64,000 bases of DNA from a gamma proteobacterium SCGC AAA168-P09. GTDB taxonomy: Bacteria; Pseudomonadota; Gammaproteobacteria; Magnimaribacterales; D2472. The notes under the pieces are model-generated. The model was given only the letters and a program-made list of their open reading frames with translations, made no database searches and had not been told where the DNA came from. The translations under genes were made by a program, and so were the position numbers. Each line of letters begins with the position of its first letter. The first letter of the stretch is position 1. Positions 18,521 to 28,280 of the stretch are shown here, piece by piece. The stretch is from NCBI GenBank assembly GCA_000385055.1, contig ARRL01000002.1, positions 90,242 to 154,241 on the forward strand, written 5' to 3'.

Positions 18521-19615
18521 ATGAACTTAAGTTATACAGAAGAACAGGTAATGCTCAGAGAACAGATTCAGAAATTTTGTGAAACAGAATATGATTTTTA
18601 TAAAAGAGAAGATGTAGTTAAATCAGATAAAGATTTTGATGAAAATGCATGGTCTTTATTTGCAGAACAAGGTTGGCTATCAATGCCTTTTTCAGAAGAG
18701 TCTGGCGGTTTTGGCTTTGGCCCAATTGAACTTTCTGTTTTATTTGAAGAGTTTGGTAAATCTCTTGTTATAGAACCATATTTAGCTAATGTTGTATTAG
18801 CCGGAACTGTTCTTGATAAATCAAATTTTAGTAAAAAAGTAGAATTAATTGAAGCCATATGCTCAGGTTCAATGCATGTATCTCTTGCATTTGCAGAACC
18901 TGCAAATTCATATGACTATTTTAAATCTAATACAAATATTTCAGATGATAACAAGTTGAATGGTACTAAATCATTAGTATTAAATGGCAAAAACGCTTCT
19001 AAGTTAATTGTATCTTGTATTAAAAATGATTCCTTATCATTGGTTTTGGTCGATCAAGATGCTAATGGTGTTTCTTTTAACTCTTTTAGAACAGTTGATG
19101 AGCAAACTTGTGCAGAGTTCATCTTTGAAAATGTTTCTGTTGAGGATTCCGATATTATTGCTTCAGGGGATGAGGCTAAGAAATTGCTAGAGGAAGCTAT
19201 TAACCTTGCAACATTATGCGTTAGTGCAGAAGCGGTTGGATGCATGACATCTTGCTACCTCAAGACAGTTCAATATACTAAAGAACGTGAACAGTTTGAC
19301 CAGCCAATATCAAATTTCCAAGTCTTACAACATAGAATGGTAGATATGTTTATTGATAGTGAATTAGCTAAATCACTTTTATACAAAGCTATGCTTGAAG
19401 TTGACTCAAACTCGGATGAAAAATTTAAACATGTTTCAGCTCTAAAGGCGCACGTTGGTAAATTTGGAAAGCTTTCTGCTCAAAATGCTGTTCAACTTCA
19501 TGGTGGAATGGGGGTTAGCGAGGAGATGATGATTGGTCATTATCTTAAGAAAATGGTTGCTATTGATGCTATGTTTGGAAATGCTGACCATCATTTAAAA
19601 GCATTTTCTAAATAA
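18521..19615 (+). CDS. acyl-CoA dehydrogenase-like protein lacking both known catalytic-base positions (probable non-catalytic partner subunit)
   Basis: 364 aa with the ACAD fold. INLATL sits at the IVD-type position and MFGNADHH at the MCAD-type YEGT position, so no Glu at either. Starts 3 nt after the upstream ACAD stop. Confidence 0.7.
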   Translation: MNLSYTEEQVMLREQIQKFCETEYDFYKREDVVKSDKDFDENAWSLFAEQGWLSMPFSEESGGFGFGPIELSVLFEEFGKSLVIEPYLANVVLAGTVLDKSNFSKKVELIEAICSGSMHVSLAFAEPANSYDYFKSNTNISDDNKLNGTKSLVLNGKNASKLIVSCIKNDSLSLVLVDQDANGVSFNSFRTVDEQTCAEFIFENVSVEDSDIIASGDEAKKLLEEAINLATLCVSAEAVGCMTSCYLKTVQYTKEREQFDQPISNFQVLQHRMVDMFIDSELAKSLLYKAMLEVDSNSDEKFKHVSALKAHVGKFGKLSAQNAVQLHGGMGVSEEMMIGHYLKKMVAIDAMFGNADHHLKAFSK

Positions 19616-19680
19616 ACGACTTTTATTTAAACCTATATCGTTTAAAATAATTTTTGTACTGTAAATTATTTACATAAATT

Positions 19681-21183
19681 ATGAGCGTTAATAAAGATTC
19701 TTCTTTTCAATCTACCAAAAGACAAGATCGTCTTCTTCCTGAAGATTCTTTCGGTGATTGGAAGTGGAGAGAGGGCCTTGCTGAACTTATGGTTCCAGTT
19801 GTTGGAAACTTATATCGTGATGGAATAAATATTCTCATTTATGGTAAATCGCTTGTAAACCAGTCACCTGTTGAGATTATGAGAGCTCATAGATTTGCGA
19901 GACAATCCGACCAGAATGAACTAAGTGAACTTGAGACATTTCCTATTCTTCAATATTTAGATACTTTAAAAATCGCAGATTGTGAAATTGATATTGGAGA
20001 GCTCGCAGTAAGATTTCCTAATTTTTCAGAACTAAAAAACAATATATCTGGTCTTAAAGAATATTTAGATACTGAATTATCGAGTGTTATAAACAAAGAT
20101 TCAAAACGTCCAAATAAACCTAAAGATATTGTGCTTTATGGATTTGGAAGAATTGGAAGATTAGTTACTAGAATGATGATACAAAATACAGGACCAGGTA
20201 ATTATTATAGATTACGAGCTATAGTAATAAGAAAGGCTAGTGATGATGATATCTACAAAAGAGCTAGTTTATTATCTAGAGATTCAGTTCATGGATCTTT
20301 TGATGGCACTGTAAGAGTTGATGAAGATAAATCAACTCTGGTTATTAATGGCAACCCGGTAAAAATTATTTATGCTCAAAGTCCTAATGATGTTAATTAT
20401 CATGATTATGATATTACAAATCCTATAGTTATAGATAATACAGGCGTTTGGAGAGATGTTGATGGTTTATCTCAACATATTAAATCTAAAGCATCAAAAG
20501 TTATCCTTACAGCTCCAGGTAAGGGAGATATAAAAAATGTTGTCTATGGGGTTAATGATAATATCCTTGAAGATTCTGATGAAATAATTTCAGCTGCATC
20601 ATGTACTACAAATGCAATCGTTCCTGTTCTAAAGGTTGTTAATGATCAATACGGAATTGATAGCGGCCATATAGAAACAGTTCATTCATATACAAATGAT
20701 CAAAACTTAATTGATAATTTTCATAAAGGGGATAGAAGAGGTAGGGGAGCTCCATTAAATATGGTTATAACATCTACAGGGGCTGTTAAAGCTGTGGGCA
20801 AAGCCATTCCAGAATTAGCTAATAAATTAACAGGTAATGCTATAAGAGTTCCTACCCCAAATGTAAGTCTTGCAATTTTATCACTAGTAATAAATGAAAG
20901 CATTGATAAAGAAAGTCTTAATAATTACCTTAAATCAATGGCTTTTCACTCTAAATATAGAGAAACAATTGGTTTTGTTAATTCTCCAGAGATAGTTTCA
21001 ACTGATTTTTATTCTAGCCCCTTTGCTTCAATAATTGACTCACAAGCTACAATCACAAGTGGAAAAAGAGTCACCTTGTATTGTTGGTACGACAACGAGT
21101 ATGGCTATTCAAAACAGGTTATTAATTTAGCAAAAAAAGTTGCTGGCATTTCACTGAAAAGATTACCTAAACCAATTTCATAA
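19681..21183 (+). CDS. gap: glyceraldehyde-3-phosphate dehydrogenase, long form with ~130-aa N-terminal extension
   Basis: 500 aa. The GAPDH core starts at IVLYGFGRIGR and the active site is SCTTNA. The N-terminal extension resembles the Pseudomonas Gap2-type enzyme encoded next to mfd. Confidence 0.85.
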   Translation: MSVNKDSSFQSTKRQDRLLPEDSFGDWKWREGLAELMVPVVGNLYRDGINILIYGKSLVNQSPVEIMRAHRFARQSDQNELSELETFPILQYLDTLKIADCEIDIGELAVRFPNFSELKNNISGLKEYLDTELSSVINKDSKRPNKPKDIVLYGFGRIGRLVTRMMIQNTGPGNYYRLRAIVIRKASDDDIYKRASLLSRDSVHGSFDGTVRVDEDKSTLVINGNPVKIIYAQSPNDVNYHDYDITNPIVIDNTGVWRDVDGLSQHIKSKASKVILTAPGKGDIKNVVYGVNDNILEDSDEIISAASCTTNAIVPVLKVVNDQYGIDSGHIETVHSYTNDQNLIDNFHKGDRRGRGAPLNMVITSTGAVKAVGKAIPELANKLTGNAIRVPTPNVSLAILSLVINESIDKESLNNYLKSMAFHSKYRETIGFVNSPEIVSTDFYSSPFASIIDSQATITSGKRVTLYCWYDNEYGYSKQVINLAKKVAGISLKRLPKPIS

Positions 21184-21261
21184 AACTATAGAATCAATAG
21201 CTCTTTAGTTTTATAATCATCACGTTTTTGATGTATATAATTTTACTTGGGTACAGCACAC

Positions 21262-22578
21262 GTGATAAAAACTTCTAAAGGTCTAAATTTACCAATTTCT
21301 GGTATTCCTGAAGCTGTAGTTACTGACACTCCAAATGTAAGCTCTGTTTCATTGCTTGGAAATGATTTTATAGGCATGAAACCAACCATGATGGTTAAAA
21401 CTGGTGATTCTGTTAAAAGAGGAACGAAGCTTTTTGAGGATAAAAAAAATTCAGGTATCTATTTTACATCTCCTGCTGGAGGCATCGTTAAAGATATAAG
21501 CAGAGGAGACAAAAGAAAATTTCTTTCAATTGAGATCGAGATTGCTGAAAACGAAGAAGCAGAATTATTTGAATATCAAACTAATTCCGATGGTTATAAA
21601 AAACTGCTTATAGATTCAGGTTTATGGAATGCCTTTAGAACAAGACCTTTCAATAGAACACCTAAAGTTAATTCATTACCTGATGCAGTATTTGTAAATG
21701 CATGTGATACCAACCCACTATCTATCGACCCATCATTTATTATTGATCAAGATAAAGATTATTTTAAAGAAGGTTTAGAGGGTTTAAAAAATTTATTTTC
21801 TTGTCCAATTCATTGCACATACCAAAATTCAAACTTCGATACAAATATTGATGGAATTAATTATTGTCAAGTGTCTGGACCACATCCAGCTGGTTTATCT
21901 AGTACTCATATAAGTAATATATATCCAGTTAATTTAAAAAGAGTTGTATGGACTATTGGTTATCAAGACATTATTTCCTTCGGTTATTTATTAAAAAATA
22001 AAACTCTAAGAACTCATAAATTGATTGCACTAGGTGGACCATCTGTTTTTAATCCTTCTATAATTAATGCAAGAATTTCAGGAAATATTGATCAATTAAC
22101 TGCAGGTAAAATTGATGATAATACAAGAGTAGTATCTGGATCATTAATATATGGTCATGCATCTGAGGGAGTGATGAATTATCTTGGTTTTTATGATTCT
22201 ATTTTATCTGTAATACCAGATGCAGCTAATGATATATTTTTAAATTGGCTTATGCCTGGATCAAAAATGCATTCAAAATTAAATGTATTTTCTTCTTCGT
22301 TCTTAAAACCTAAGAATTTTACATTTAACACATCTGTTAACGGTGGTGATAGAGCTATAGTACCAGTAGGATCTTATGATGAGATAATGCCTATTGATAT
22401 ATTAGTCCCTCAATTACTTAAATCTCTAGTTGTAGGAGATATTGAACAAGCTGTTGATCTTGGAATGCTTGAACTAGCTCCAGAAGATTTAGCGCTATGC
22501 TCTTATATTTGTCCAAGCAAGTATGATTATTGTTCAATACTTGCAAACAACCTTAATGCTTTATATCTAGAACAATGA
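21262..22578 (+). CDS. nqrA: Na+-translocating NADH:quinone oxidoreductase subunit A
   Basis: The ORF track starts at TTG 21247. The in-frame GTG at 21262 gives M-IKTSKGLNLPISG, matching the usual NqrA N-terminus. Followed by nqrB-F. Confidence 0.9.
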   Translation: MIKTSKGLNLPISGIPEAVVTDTPNVSSVSLLGNDFIGMKPTMMVKTGDSVKRGTKLFEDKKNSGIYFTSPAGGIVKDISRGDKRKFLSIEIEIAENEEAELFEYQTNSDGYKKLLIDSGLWNAFRTRPFNRTPKVNSLPDAVFVNACDTNPLSIDPSFIIDQDKDYFKEGLEGLKNLFSCPIHCTYQNSNFDTNIDGINYCQVSGPHPAGLSSTHISNIYPVNLKRVVWTIGYQDIISFGYLLKNKTLRTHKLIALGGPSVFNPSIINARISGNIDQLTAGKIDDNTRVVSGSLIYGHASEGVMNYLGFYDSILSVIPDAANDIFLNWLMPGSKMHSKLNVFSSSFLKPKNFTFNTSVNGGDRAIVPVGSYDEIMPIDILVPQLLKSLVVGDIEQAVDLGMLELAPEDLALCSYICPSKYDYCSILANNLNALYLEQ

Positions 22579-23801
22579 ACATCCTAAGAAATTACATAAA
22601 TTCAGTGAAACCAAATTTTATTGGTGAGGGTAGATACGCTAAATGGTTCCCTATGTTTGATGCTGTTGAAAACTTTATTTTCTCAACACAAACAAAAACG
22701 ACCAATCCTGTTCATATAAGAGATGCTGTAGATATTCAAAAAATAATGGTAATTGTTTGGTTGGCAACATTTCCAGCAATGTTTTTTGGTATGTACAATC
22801 TTGGATCCAACTCATTAGAATATTTAGAATCTATTAATCAGTTAAATACAGGAGATTGGCATCATTATTTAGTCAATCTGGTTGGGTATGACTCATCGAG
22901 CTTCATTGCTAAATTATGGTTCGGTGCTTGTTATTTTATGCCAATTTATATAACTGTTTTTGTGGTAGGTATTGGTTGGGAAACTATTTTTGCTGTCGTA
23001 AGAAAACATGAAATAAATGAAGGTGCTTTTGTTTCAACAGTTTTATTTTCACTTAGCTGTCCTCCTGATCTACCTCTTTGGCAGGCTGCACTAGGTATAA
23101 CTTTTGGTTTAGTTATTGGTAAAGAGATATTTGGTGGTACAGGTAAAAATTTCTTAAATCCTGCTTTGACTGGAAGAGCATTTTTGTATTTTGCATATCC
23201 TTCACAAATTTCAGGAGATAAGGTTTGGATAGCAGGTTTAGCTGATAATAATATAGTTCCAGAAGGCTATAGTGGAGCAACTGCACTTGGTGTGGCTGCT
23301 GAAAGTGGCATGGCAGGTATCTACGATAATTTCACATGGATGAATGCATTTTTAGGTAATATACCAGGATCTATTGGAGAAACCTCTATAATTGCAATAG
23401 GTATTGGTTTAATAATCCTTCTAGCAACTAAAGTTGCCTCTTGGAGAATTGTTCTCTGGACATTTATAGGAATGATAGCAATGTCTAGTCTATTAAATAT
23501 AGTAGGGTCAGATACTAATCCTATGTTTGAAGTTCCATGGTATTGGCATGCAGTTATTGGAAGTTTTGCATTTGGACTAGTTTTCATGGCTACAGAGCCA
23601 GTGTCCGGTTCAGGTACTAATACAGGTAGGTGTATTTATGGTTTTATTATTGGTATAACAGTTATCTTGATAAGAGTAATAAACCCTGCTTTCCCTGAAG
23701 GAATGATGCTTGCAATTTTATTTGCTAATTTACTTGCTCCGGTAATAGATCATATGGTTATGATGTCTAATATAAACAGAAGAAAGGCTATAACACAATG
23801 A
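22575..23801 (+). CDS. nqrB: Na+-NQR subunit B
   Basis: 408 aa and polytopic. Has the FMN attachment motif SGATALG. ATGA overlap with nqrA. Confidence 0.92.
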   Translation: MNILRNYINSVKPNFIGEGRYAKWFPMFDAVENFIFSTQTKTTNPVHIRDAVDIQKIMVIVWLATFPAMFFGMYNLGSNSLEYLESINQLNTGDWHHYLVNLVGYDSSSFIAKLWFGACYFMPIYITVFVVGIGWETIFAVVRKHEINEGAFVSTVLFSLSCPPDLPLWQAALGITFGLVIGKEIFGGTGKNFLNPALTGRAFLYFAYPSQISGDKVWIAGLADNNIVPEGYSGATALGVAAESGMAGIYDNFTWMNAFLGNIPGSIGETSIIAIGIGLIILLATKVASWRIVLWTFIGMIAMSSLLNIVGSDTNPMFEVPWYWHAVIGSFAFGLVFMATEPVSGSGTNTGRCIYGFIIGITVILIRVINPAFPEGMMLAILFANLLAPVIDHMVMMSNINRRKAITQ

Positions 23802-24586
23802 ATGATTCAATAGTTAAAACATTAGGTGTTGCTTTTGCAATATGTTTAATATGCTCATTGGTTGTATCATCAACCGCAGTCAGTCTTCGTGATATGCAAA
23901 ATGAGAATAAGGCTAATGATAAACGAACAAAAATTCTTCAAGCTGCAGGTATTTTTAATCCAGAACTTGATATAAAAGAGCAATTTAACAAACTCGAGGA
24001 AAAATATTTAGATTTTAATTCTGGTAAGTTATTAAGAGGTTCAGATCTTGAAGTTTTCTTAGAAGAACACAAGGGAGACTATGATCAGATTGCCGCAACC
24101 AGAAAACCTGAATATTCAACTTCTTTAAATTCATCAGAAGATATTGCTATTATCAAAAATAGAGAAAATGTTGGTAAGTTTTTTATCCTCAGAAATAAAG
24201 ATAATTCTATTGATAAAATCATTCTGCCTGTGCGCGGCTATGGATTATGGGGAACTCTTTTTGGTTATATATCTATTGAAGAAGACTTTAACACTGTAGC
24301 CGGTCTTGAGTTTTACGATCACAAAGAAACACCAGGCCTTGGGGCTGAAGTTGATAATCCAAAATGGAAGGCTTTATGGCCAGGAAAACAACTTTATAAA
24401 AATAATATTGTTTCTTTGGAAGTCATAAAAGGAAAAGTTCCTGTTGATGATAAAAACTTAGATTATAAGGTTGACGGACTATCTGGAGCCACTTTGACTA
24501 GCAGGGGTGTGACCAACATGTTGAAATATTGGTTTAGTGATTCAGGTTATGCAAATTTATTTAGTGAGTTGGAATATGAATCTTAA
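23798..24586 (+). CDS. nqrC: Na+-NQR subunit C
   Basis: 262 aa with a single N-terminal TM and the FMN attachment motif LSGATLTS. Confidence 0.92.
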   Translation: MNDSIVKTLGVAFAICLICSLVVSSTAVSLRDMQNENKANDKRTKILQAAGIFNPELDIKEQFNKLEEKYLDFNSGKLLRGSDLEVFLEEHKGDYDQIAATRKPEYSTSLNSSEDIAIIKNRENVGKFFILRNKDNSIDKIILPVRGYGLWGTLFGYISIEEDFNTVAGLEFYDHKETPGLGAEVDNPKWKALWPGKQLYKNNIVSLEVIKGKVPVDDKNLDYKVDGLSGATLTSRGVTNMLKYWFSDSGYANLFSELEYES

Positions 24587-25262
24587 TAAGTATAAAGATG
24601 TATTAGTAAAACCTCTTATAGATGAAAATCCTATTACTCTTCAGATACTAGGAATCTGTTCTGCATTAGCTGTTACGAATAATCTTTCAGTCACAATGGT
24701 TATGTGTGTCGCATTAACAAGCGTCGTAGCATTCTCAAATTTATTTATATCAATAATTAGAAATCACATACCAAGCAGCATCAGAATTATTGTTCAGATG
24801 ACCATTATAGCCTCGTTGGTTATAGTCGTTGATGAGCTCTTGAAAGCATATGACTATGAAACTAGTAAAAAGTTATCTGTATTTGTTGGTTTAATTATTA
24901 CTAACTGTATTGTTATGGGGCGTGCAGAAGCCTTTGCAATGAAAGAAAAGCCCTTATTAAGCTTTTTTGATGGTTTAGGTAATGGTCTTGGCTATAGTGT
25001 TATTTTAATTGGAGTTGCTGCAATAAGAGAGCTTTTTGGAGCTGGTACATTGTTTGGTTATGAAATTCTTCCACTTGTATCTAATGGTGGTTGGTATATG
25101 GCTAATAACTTATTACTTTTACCTCCTAGCTCATTTATTATTATCGGTTTATTTATTTGGGCAATTAGATCTTACAAACCTGCACAAATAGAAGAAGACG
25201 ATTTTGCTTTATCAAAACATTCTACAAGCCCAGATTTAACAAAGAGAGAATTAAATGTTTGA
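24576..25262 (+). CDS. nqrD: Na+-NQR subunit D
   Basis: The ORF track starts at 24537. The internal ATG at 24576 ([19 protein letters not shown]..) fits the NqrD N-terminus and gives an 11-nt overlap with nqrC. Confidence 0.88.
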   Translation: MNLNKYKDVLVKPLIDENPITLQILGICSALAVTNNLSVTMVMCVALTSVVAFSNLFISIIRNHIPSSIRIIVQMTIIASLVIVVDELLKAYDYETSKKLSVFVGLIITNCIVMGRAEAFAMKEKPLLSFFDGLGNGLGYSVILIGVAAIRELFGAGTLFGYEILPLVSNGGWYMANNLLLLPPSSFIIIGLFIWAIRSYKPAQIEEDDFALSKHSTSPDLTKRELNV

Positions 25263-25866
25263 ATATTATTTAAATATTTTTATTACTACTGTATTCATAG
25301 AGAATATTGCTTTATCAGTATTCTTGGGAATGTGCACATTTATAGCTATATCAAAGAAAATTGATGCTGCATTAGGTTTAGGCATTGCGGTTATTGTGGT
25401 CTGTCTTATAACCGTTCCTCTTAATAATCTTATATATAATTTCATTCTTAGAGATGGAGCTCTAGCTTGGGCTGGACTTCCCAATACTAATTTGGAGTTT
25501 GTTGAGTTAATAAGCTATATAGGAGTAATTGCTGCTGTAGTGCAAATTCTTGAAATGTTTTTAGATAAATATGTTCCTGCTTTATATAATGCATTGGGTG
25601 TCTTTTTGCCTTTAATTACTGTTAATTGTGCAATTTTAGGCGCATCACTCTTTATGATAGAAAAAGATTTATTATTTGGAGAAAGTGTTGTTTATGGTCT
25701 TGGAGCTGGTTTTGGCTGGGCTATGGCAATAGTTATTCTTGCTGGTATTAGAGAAAAGTTAAAGTATTCTGATATTCCTGAGGGACTAAAAGGTTTAGGA
25801 GCAACATTTATCATTGTAGGTCTTATGAGTTTTGGGTTTATGTCATTTGGAGGTATATCTCTTTAA
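25255..25866 (+). CDS. nqrE: Na+-NQR subunit E
   Basis: 203 aa, a polytopic RnfA/NqrE-type protein. Operon position fits. Confidence 0.9.
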   Translation: MFEYYLNIFITTVFIENIALSVFLGMCTFIAISKKIDAALGLGIAVIVVCLITVPLNNLIYNFILRDGALAWAGLPNTNLEFVELISYIGVIAAVVQILEMFLDKYVPALYNALGVFLPLITVNCAILGASLFMIEKDLLFGESVVYGLGAGFGWAMAIVILAGIREKLKYSDIPEGLKGLGATFIIVGLMSFGFMSFGGISL

Positions 25867-25881
25867 AATAAGGAGTTAATT

Positions 25882-27108
25882 ATGCAGATTGATTTATTAC
25901 TTGGAGTTATTTCTTTTTCAGGAATAGTTCTCGCTTTGGTTGCGGTCATTATTGCTGCTAGATCTAAACTTGTATCAACGGGAAATGTTTCTATTGAAAT
26001 TAATGGAGATTCTTCAAATCCAATTGTAGTTCCTGCCGGATCAAAACTTCTCCAAACACTAGCAGAAAATAAAATCTTTTTATCTTCAGCTTGCGGCGGT
26101 GGTGGAACATGCAGTCAATGCAAGTGTGTTGTTCTTGATGGTGGTGGATCAATTCTTCCTACTGAAGAATCTCATTTTAATTCTAGAGAAAAAAATGAAG
26201 GTTGGAGACTTTCGTGCCAAGTTCCTGTTAAAAGTGATATGAAGATAGAAGTGCCAGAAGAAATATTTGGTGTTAAAGAGTGGGAGTGTGAGGTTTTATC
26301 TAATGATAATGTCGCAACTTTTATCAAAGAGCTGGTTTTAAAATTACCAGAGGGTGAAAATGTTGATTTTAGAGCTGGTGGTTATGTTCAACTTGAAGCA
26401 CCTGCTTATGAAATTGACTATAAATCTTTTAATATACAAGAGGAGTATCATGGTGATTGGGATAAATTTAAAATTTGGGATAACAAATCCATTAATCCCG
26501 AACCAGTTATAAGAGCTTACTCGATGGCTAACTATCCTGAAGAGAAGGGCGTTATAAAGTTTAATATTCGAATTGCATCTCCACCTCCTGGTAGTGATTT
26601 TCCACCAGGTATAATGTCAACTTGGACATTTAATTTAAAACCTGGTGATAAAGTTAAAGTATTTGGTCCTTTTGGTGAATTCTTTGCAAAAGAAACTAAA
26701 AATGAAATGGTATTTGTTGGTGGTGGTGCTGGTATGGCGCCTATGAGATCTCACATATTTGATCAATTGCTACGAATCCATACTGATAGAAAAATATCAT
26801 TTTGGTATGGAGCCAGAAGCTTAAAAGAAATGTTTTATGTTGAAGAATTCAATGACTTAGCAGAAAAATATGATAATTTTGAATGGCACGTTGCTTTATC
26901 AGATCCTCAACCTGAAGATGACTGGGATGGTGATACTGGTTTTATTCATAATATCTTATATGAAAATTATTTAAAAAATCATGAAGCTCCAGAAGATTGT
27001 GAATATTATATGTGTGGACCCCCTATGATGAATAAAGCAGTGATAGATCTTCTTACAAATATTGGCGTAGAACCAGAAAACATTGCTCTCGATGATTTTG
27101 GCGGCTAG
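25882..27108 (+). CDS. nqrF: Na+-NQR subunit F
   Basis: 408 aa. N-terminal TM, the 2Fe-2S motif [12 protein letters not shown], the FAD motif RAYSMAN, and an NADH-binding GGGAGMAP. Confidence 0.95.
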   Translation: MQIDLLLGVISFSGIVLALVAVIIAARSKLVSTGNVSIEINGDSSNPIVVPAGSKLLQTLAENKIFLSSACGGGGTCSQCKCVVLDGGGSILPTEESHFNSREKNEGWRLSCQVPVKSDMKIEVPEEIFGVKEWECEVLSNDNVATFIKELVLKLPEGENVDFRAGGYVQLEAPAYEIDYKSFNIQEEYHGDWDKFKIWDNKSINPEPVIRAYSMANYPEEKGVIKFNIRIASPPPGSDFPPGIMSTWTFNLKPGDKVKVFGPFGEFFAKETKNEMVFVGGGAGMAPMRSHIFDQLLRIHTDRKISFWYGARSLKEMFYVEEFNDLAEKYDNFEWHVALSDPQPEDDWDGDTGFIHNILYENYLKNHEAPEDCEYYMCGPPMMNKAVIDLLTNIGVEPENIALDDFGG

Positions 27109-27114
27109 TTAAAT

Positions 27115-28101
27115 TTGTTATCAAGAAAAGTTATATCAAAAATAATTGCCCTTATTGTTGGCTTATTTTGTATTTATATAGCTTATAGTTCTAATGCAAA
27201 TAAAACCTATAAAATCAATGGATCAGCGTATGGAACAAGTTGGTCTGTCGTCTCAACATCATTTATAGCCGATCATCATGAGAAGAATATTATTAAGATA
27301 ATTGATCATGTTGATGAGATCGCATCTAATTATAAAATAGATTCTGAAATAGCAATCGTTAATCAACTACCCGTAGATGAAGAATTAACCATAAGTAGTG
27401 ATTTATTTAATATTCTTAATATAGCCAGTGAAATTAATAAGCTTTCAAATGGCTCATACAATATTATGCTTGGAAAAATTTCTAGTAAATTAGGTTTTGC
27501 TCCAAACTTTGATAAGGATTTAAATCAGAACGATGATGGAGGCTACACATTAACTAAAAATAAATCACTAATTAAAGAATCTTCAAATTGGTTTGATTTA
27601 TCATCAATTGCAAAAGGCTATGCTGTACAACTAATTCATGAATACTTAATAAACAATAATTTATCTAATCACTTAATTGATATAGGTGGCGAATTAATTA
27701 CTCACGGTTTAAATCATGAAGATCCATGGATAATAGGTATCCAAGATCCTTATTCATTTGAAGAAAAAGCAATTTATGTTGTAAAAAATAATAATAATTT
27801 CTTGGCTATAGCAACCTCTGGTGAGTATAGAAATTATAAGATTTCTGATACCAATAAAGTTACACATACTATAGACCCTAAAACATTAAAGTCCATTGAT
27901 TCAAAAATTCTATCAGTTACAGTGGCTCACGAATACTCCGCTACATATGCAGATGCTTTGGCAACTGCTTTTAATGTTATTGGATATCCAGATGCTATTA
28001 AATACGCTAATAACAATAATATTGCATTGATGTTAGTTGTTGATATTGACAGTGGTGCAGAATTAATTTTTTCTAATAAATGGTATGATTTAAACTTATG
28101 A
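27115..28101 (+). CDS. apbE: FAD:protein FMN transferase (flavin transferase for NqrB/NqrC)
   Basis: 328 aa with an apparent TTG start. ApbE-like pattern (AKGYAV, IDIGGE, ATSGEY, HTIDPKT). Immediately follows nqrF. Confidence 0.8.
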   Translation: MLSRKVISKIIALIVGLFCIYIAYSSNANKTYKINGSAYGTSWSVVSTSFIADHHEKNIIKIIDHVDEIASNYKIDSEIAIVNQLPVDEELTISSDLFNILNIASEINKLSNGSYNIMLGKISSKLGFAPNFDKDLNQNDDGGYTLTKNKSLIKESSNWFDLSSIAKGYAVQLIHEYLINNNLSNHLIDIGGELITHGLNHEDPWIIGIQDPYSFEEKAIYVVKNNNNFLAIATSGEYRNYKISDTNKVTHTIDPKTLKSIDSKILSVTVAHEYSATYADALATAFNVIGYPDAIKYANNNNIALMLVVDIDSGAELIFSNKWYDLNL

Positions 28102-28280
28102 ATACATTTATTGCTGCATTTATAGTTATAGGTACTGCTTTTGCAGGGTTGGCGATTGGGTTGATACTTAGAAATAAACCAATTAAAGGTTCATGCGGCG
28201 GTCTTATGACCTCAAAGGATGGAGTTTGTACAATTTGTGGCAAGACAGAAATTAATTCTTGTTCTAAAACTGATTCATAG
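28098..28280 (+). CDS. nqrM: Na+-NQR maturation protein NqrM
   Basis: 60 aa with one TM, then the Cys-rich tail GSCGG...CTICG...C typical of NqrM/DUF539. ATGA overlap with apbE. Confidence 0.8.
   Translation: MNTFIAAFIVIGTAFAGLAIGLILRNKPIKGSCGGLMTSKDGVCTICGKTEINSCSKTDS

Noticed and set aside
17971-19245. Antisense and alternate-frame ORFs (60-101 aa) within the two ACAD genes.
   Set aside because: They are shadow ORFs, and the ACAD frames carry family motifs throughout.
21247-21261. TTG-initiated 5-codon N-terminal extension of nqrA, and likewise 24537-24575 for nqrD.
   Set aside because: The downstream GTG (21262) and ATG (24576) reproduce the conserved N-termini of NqrA and NqrD. The extensions have no support.
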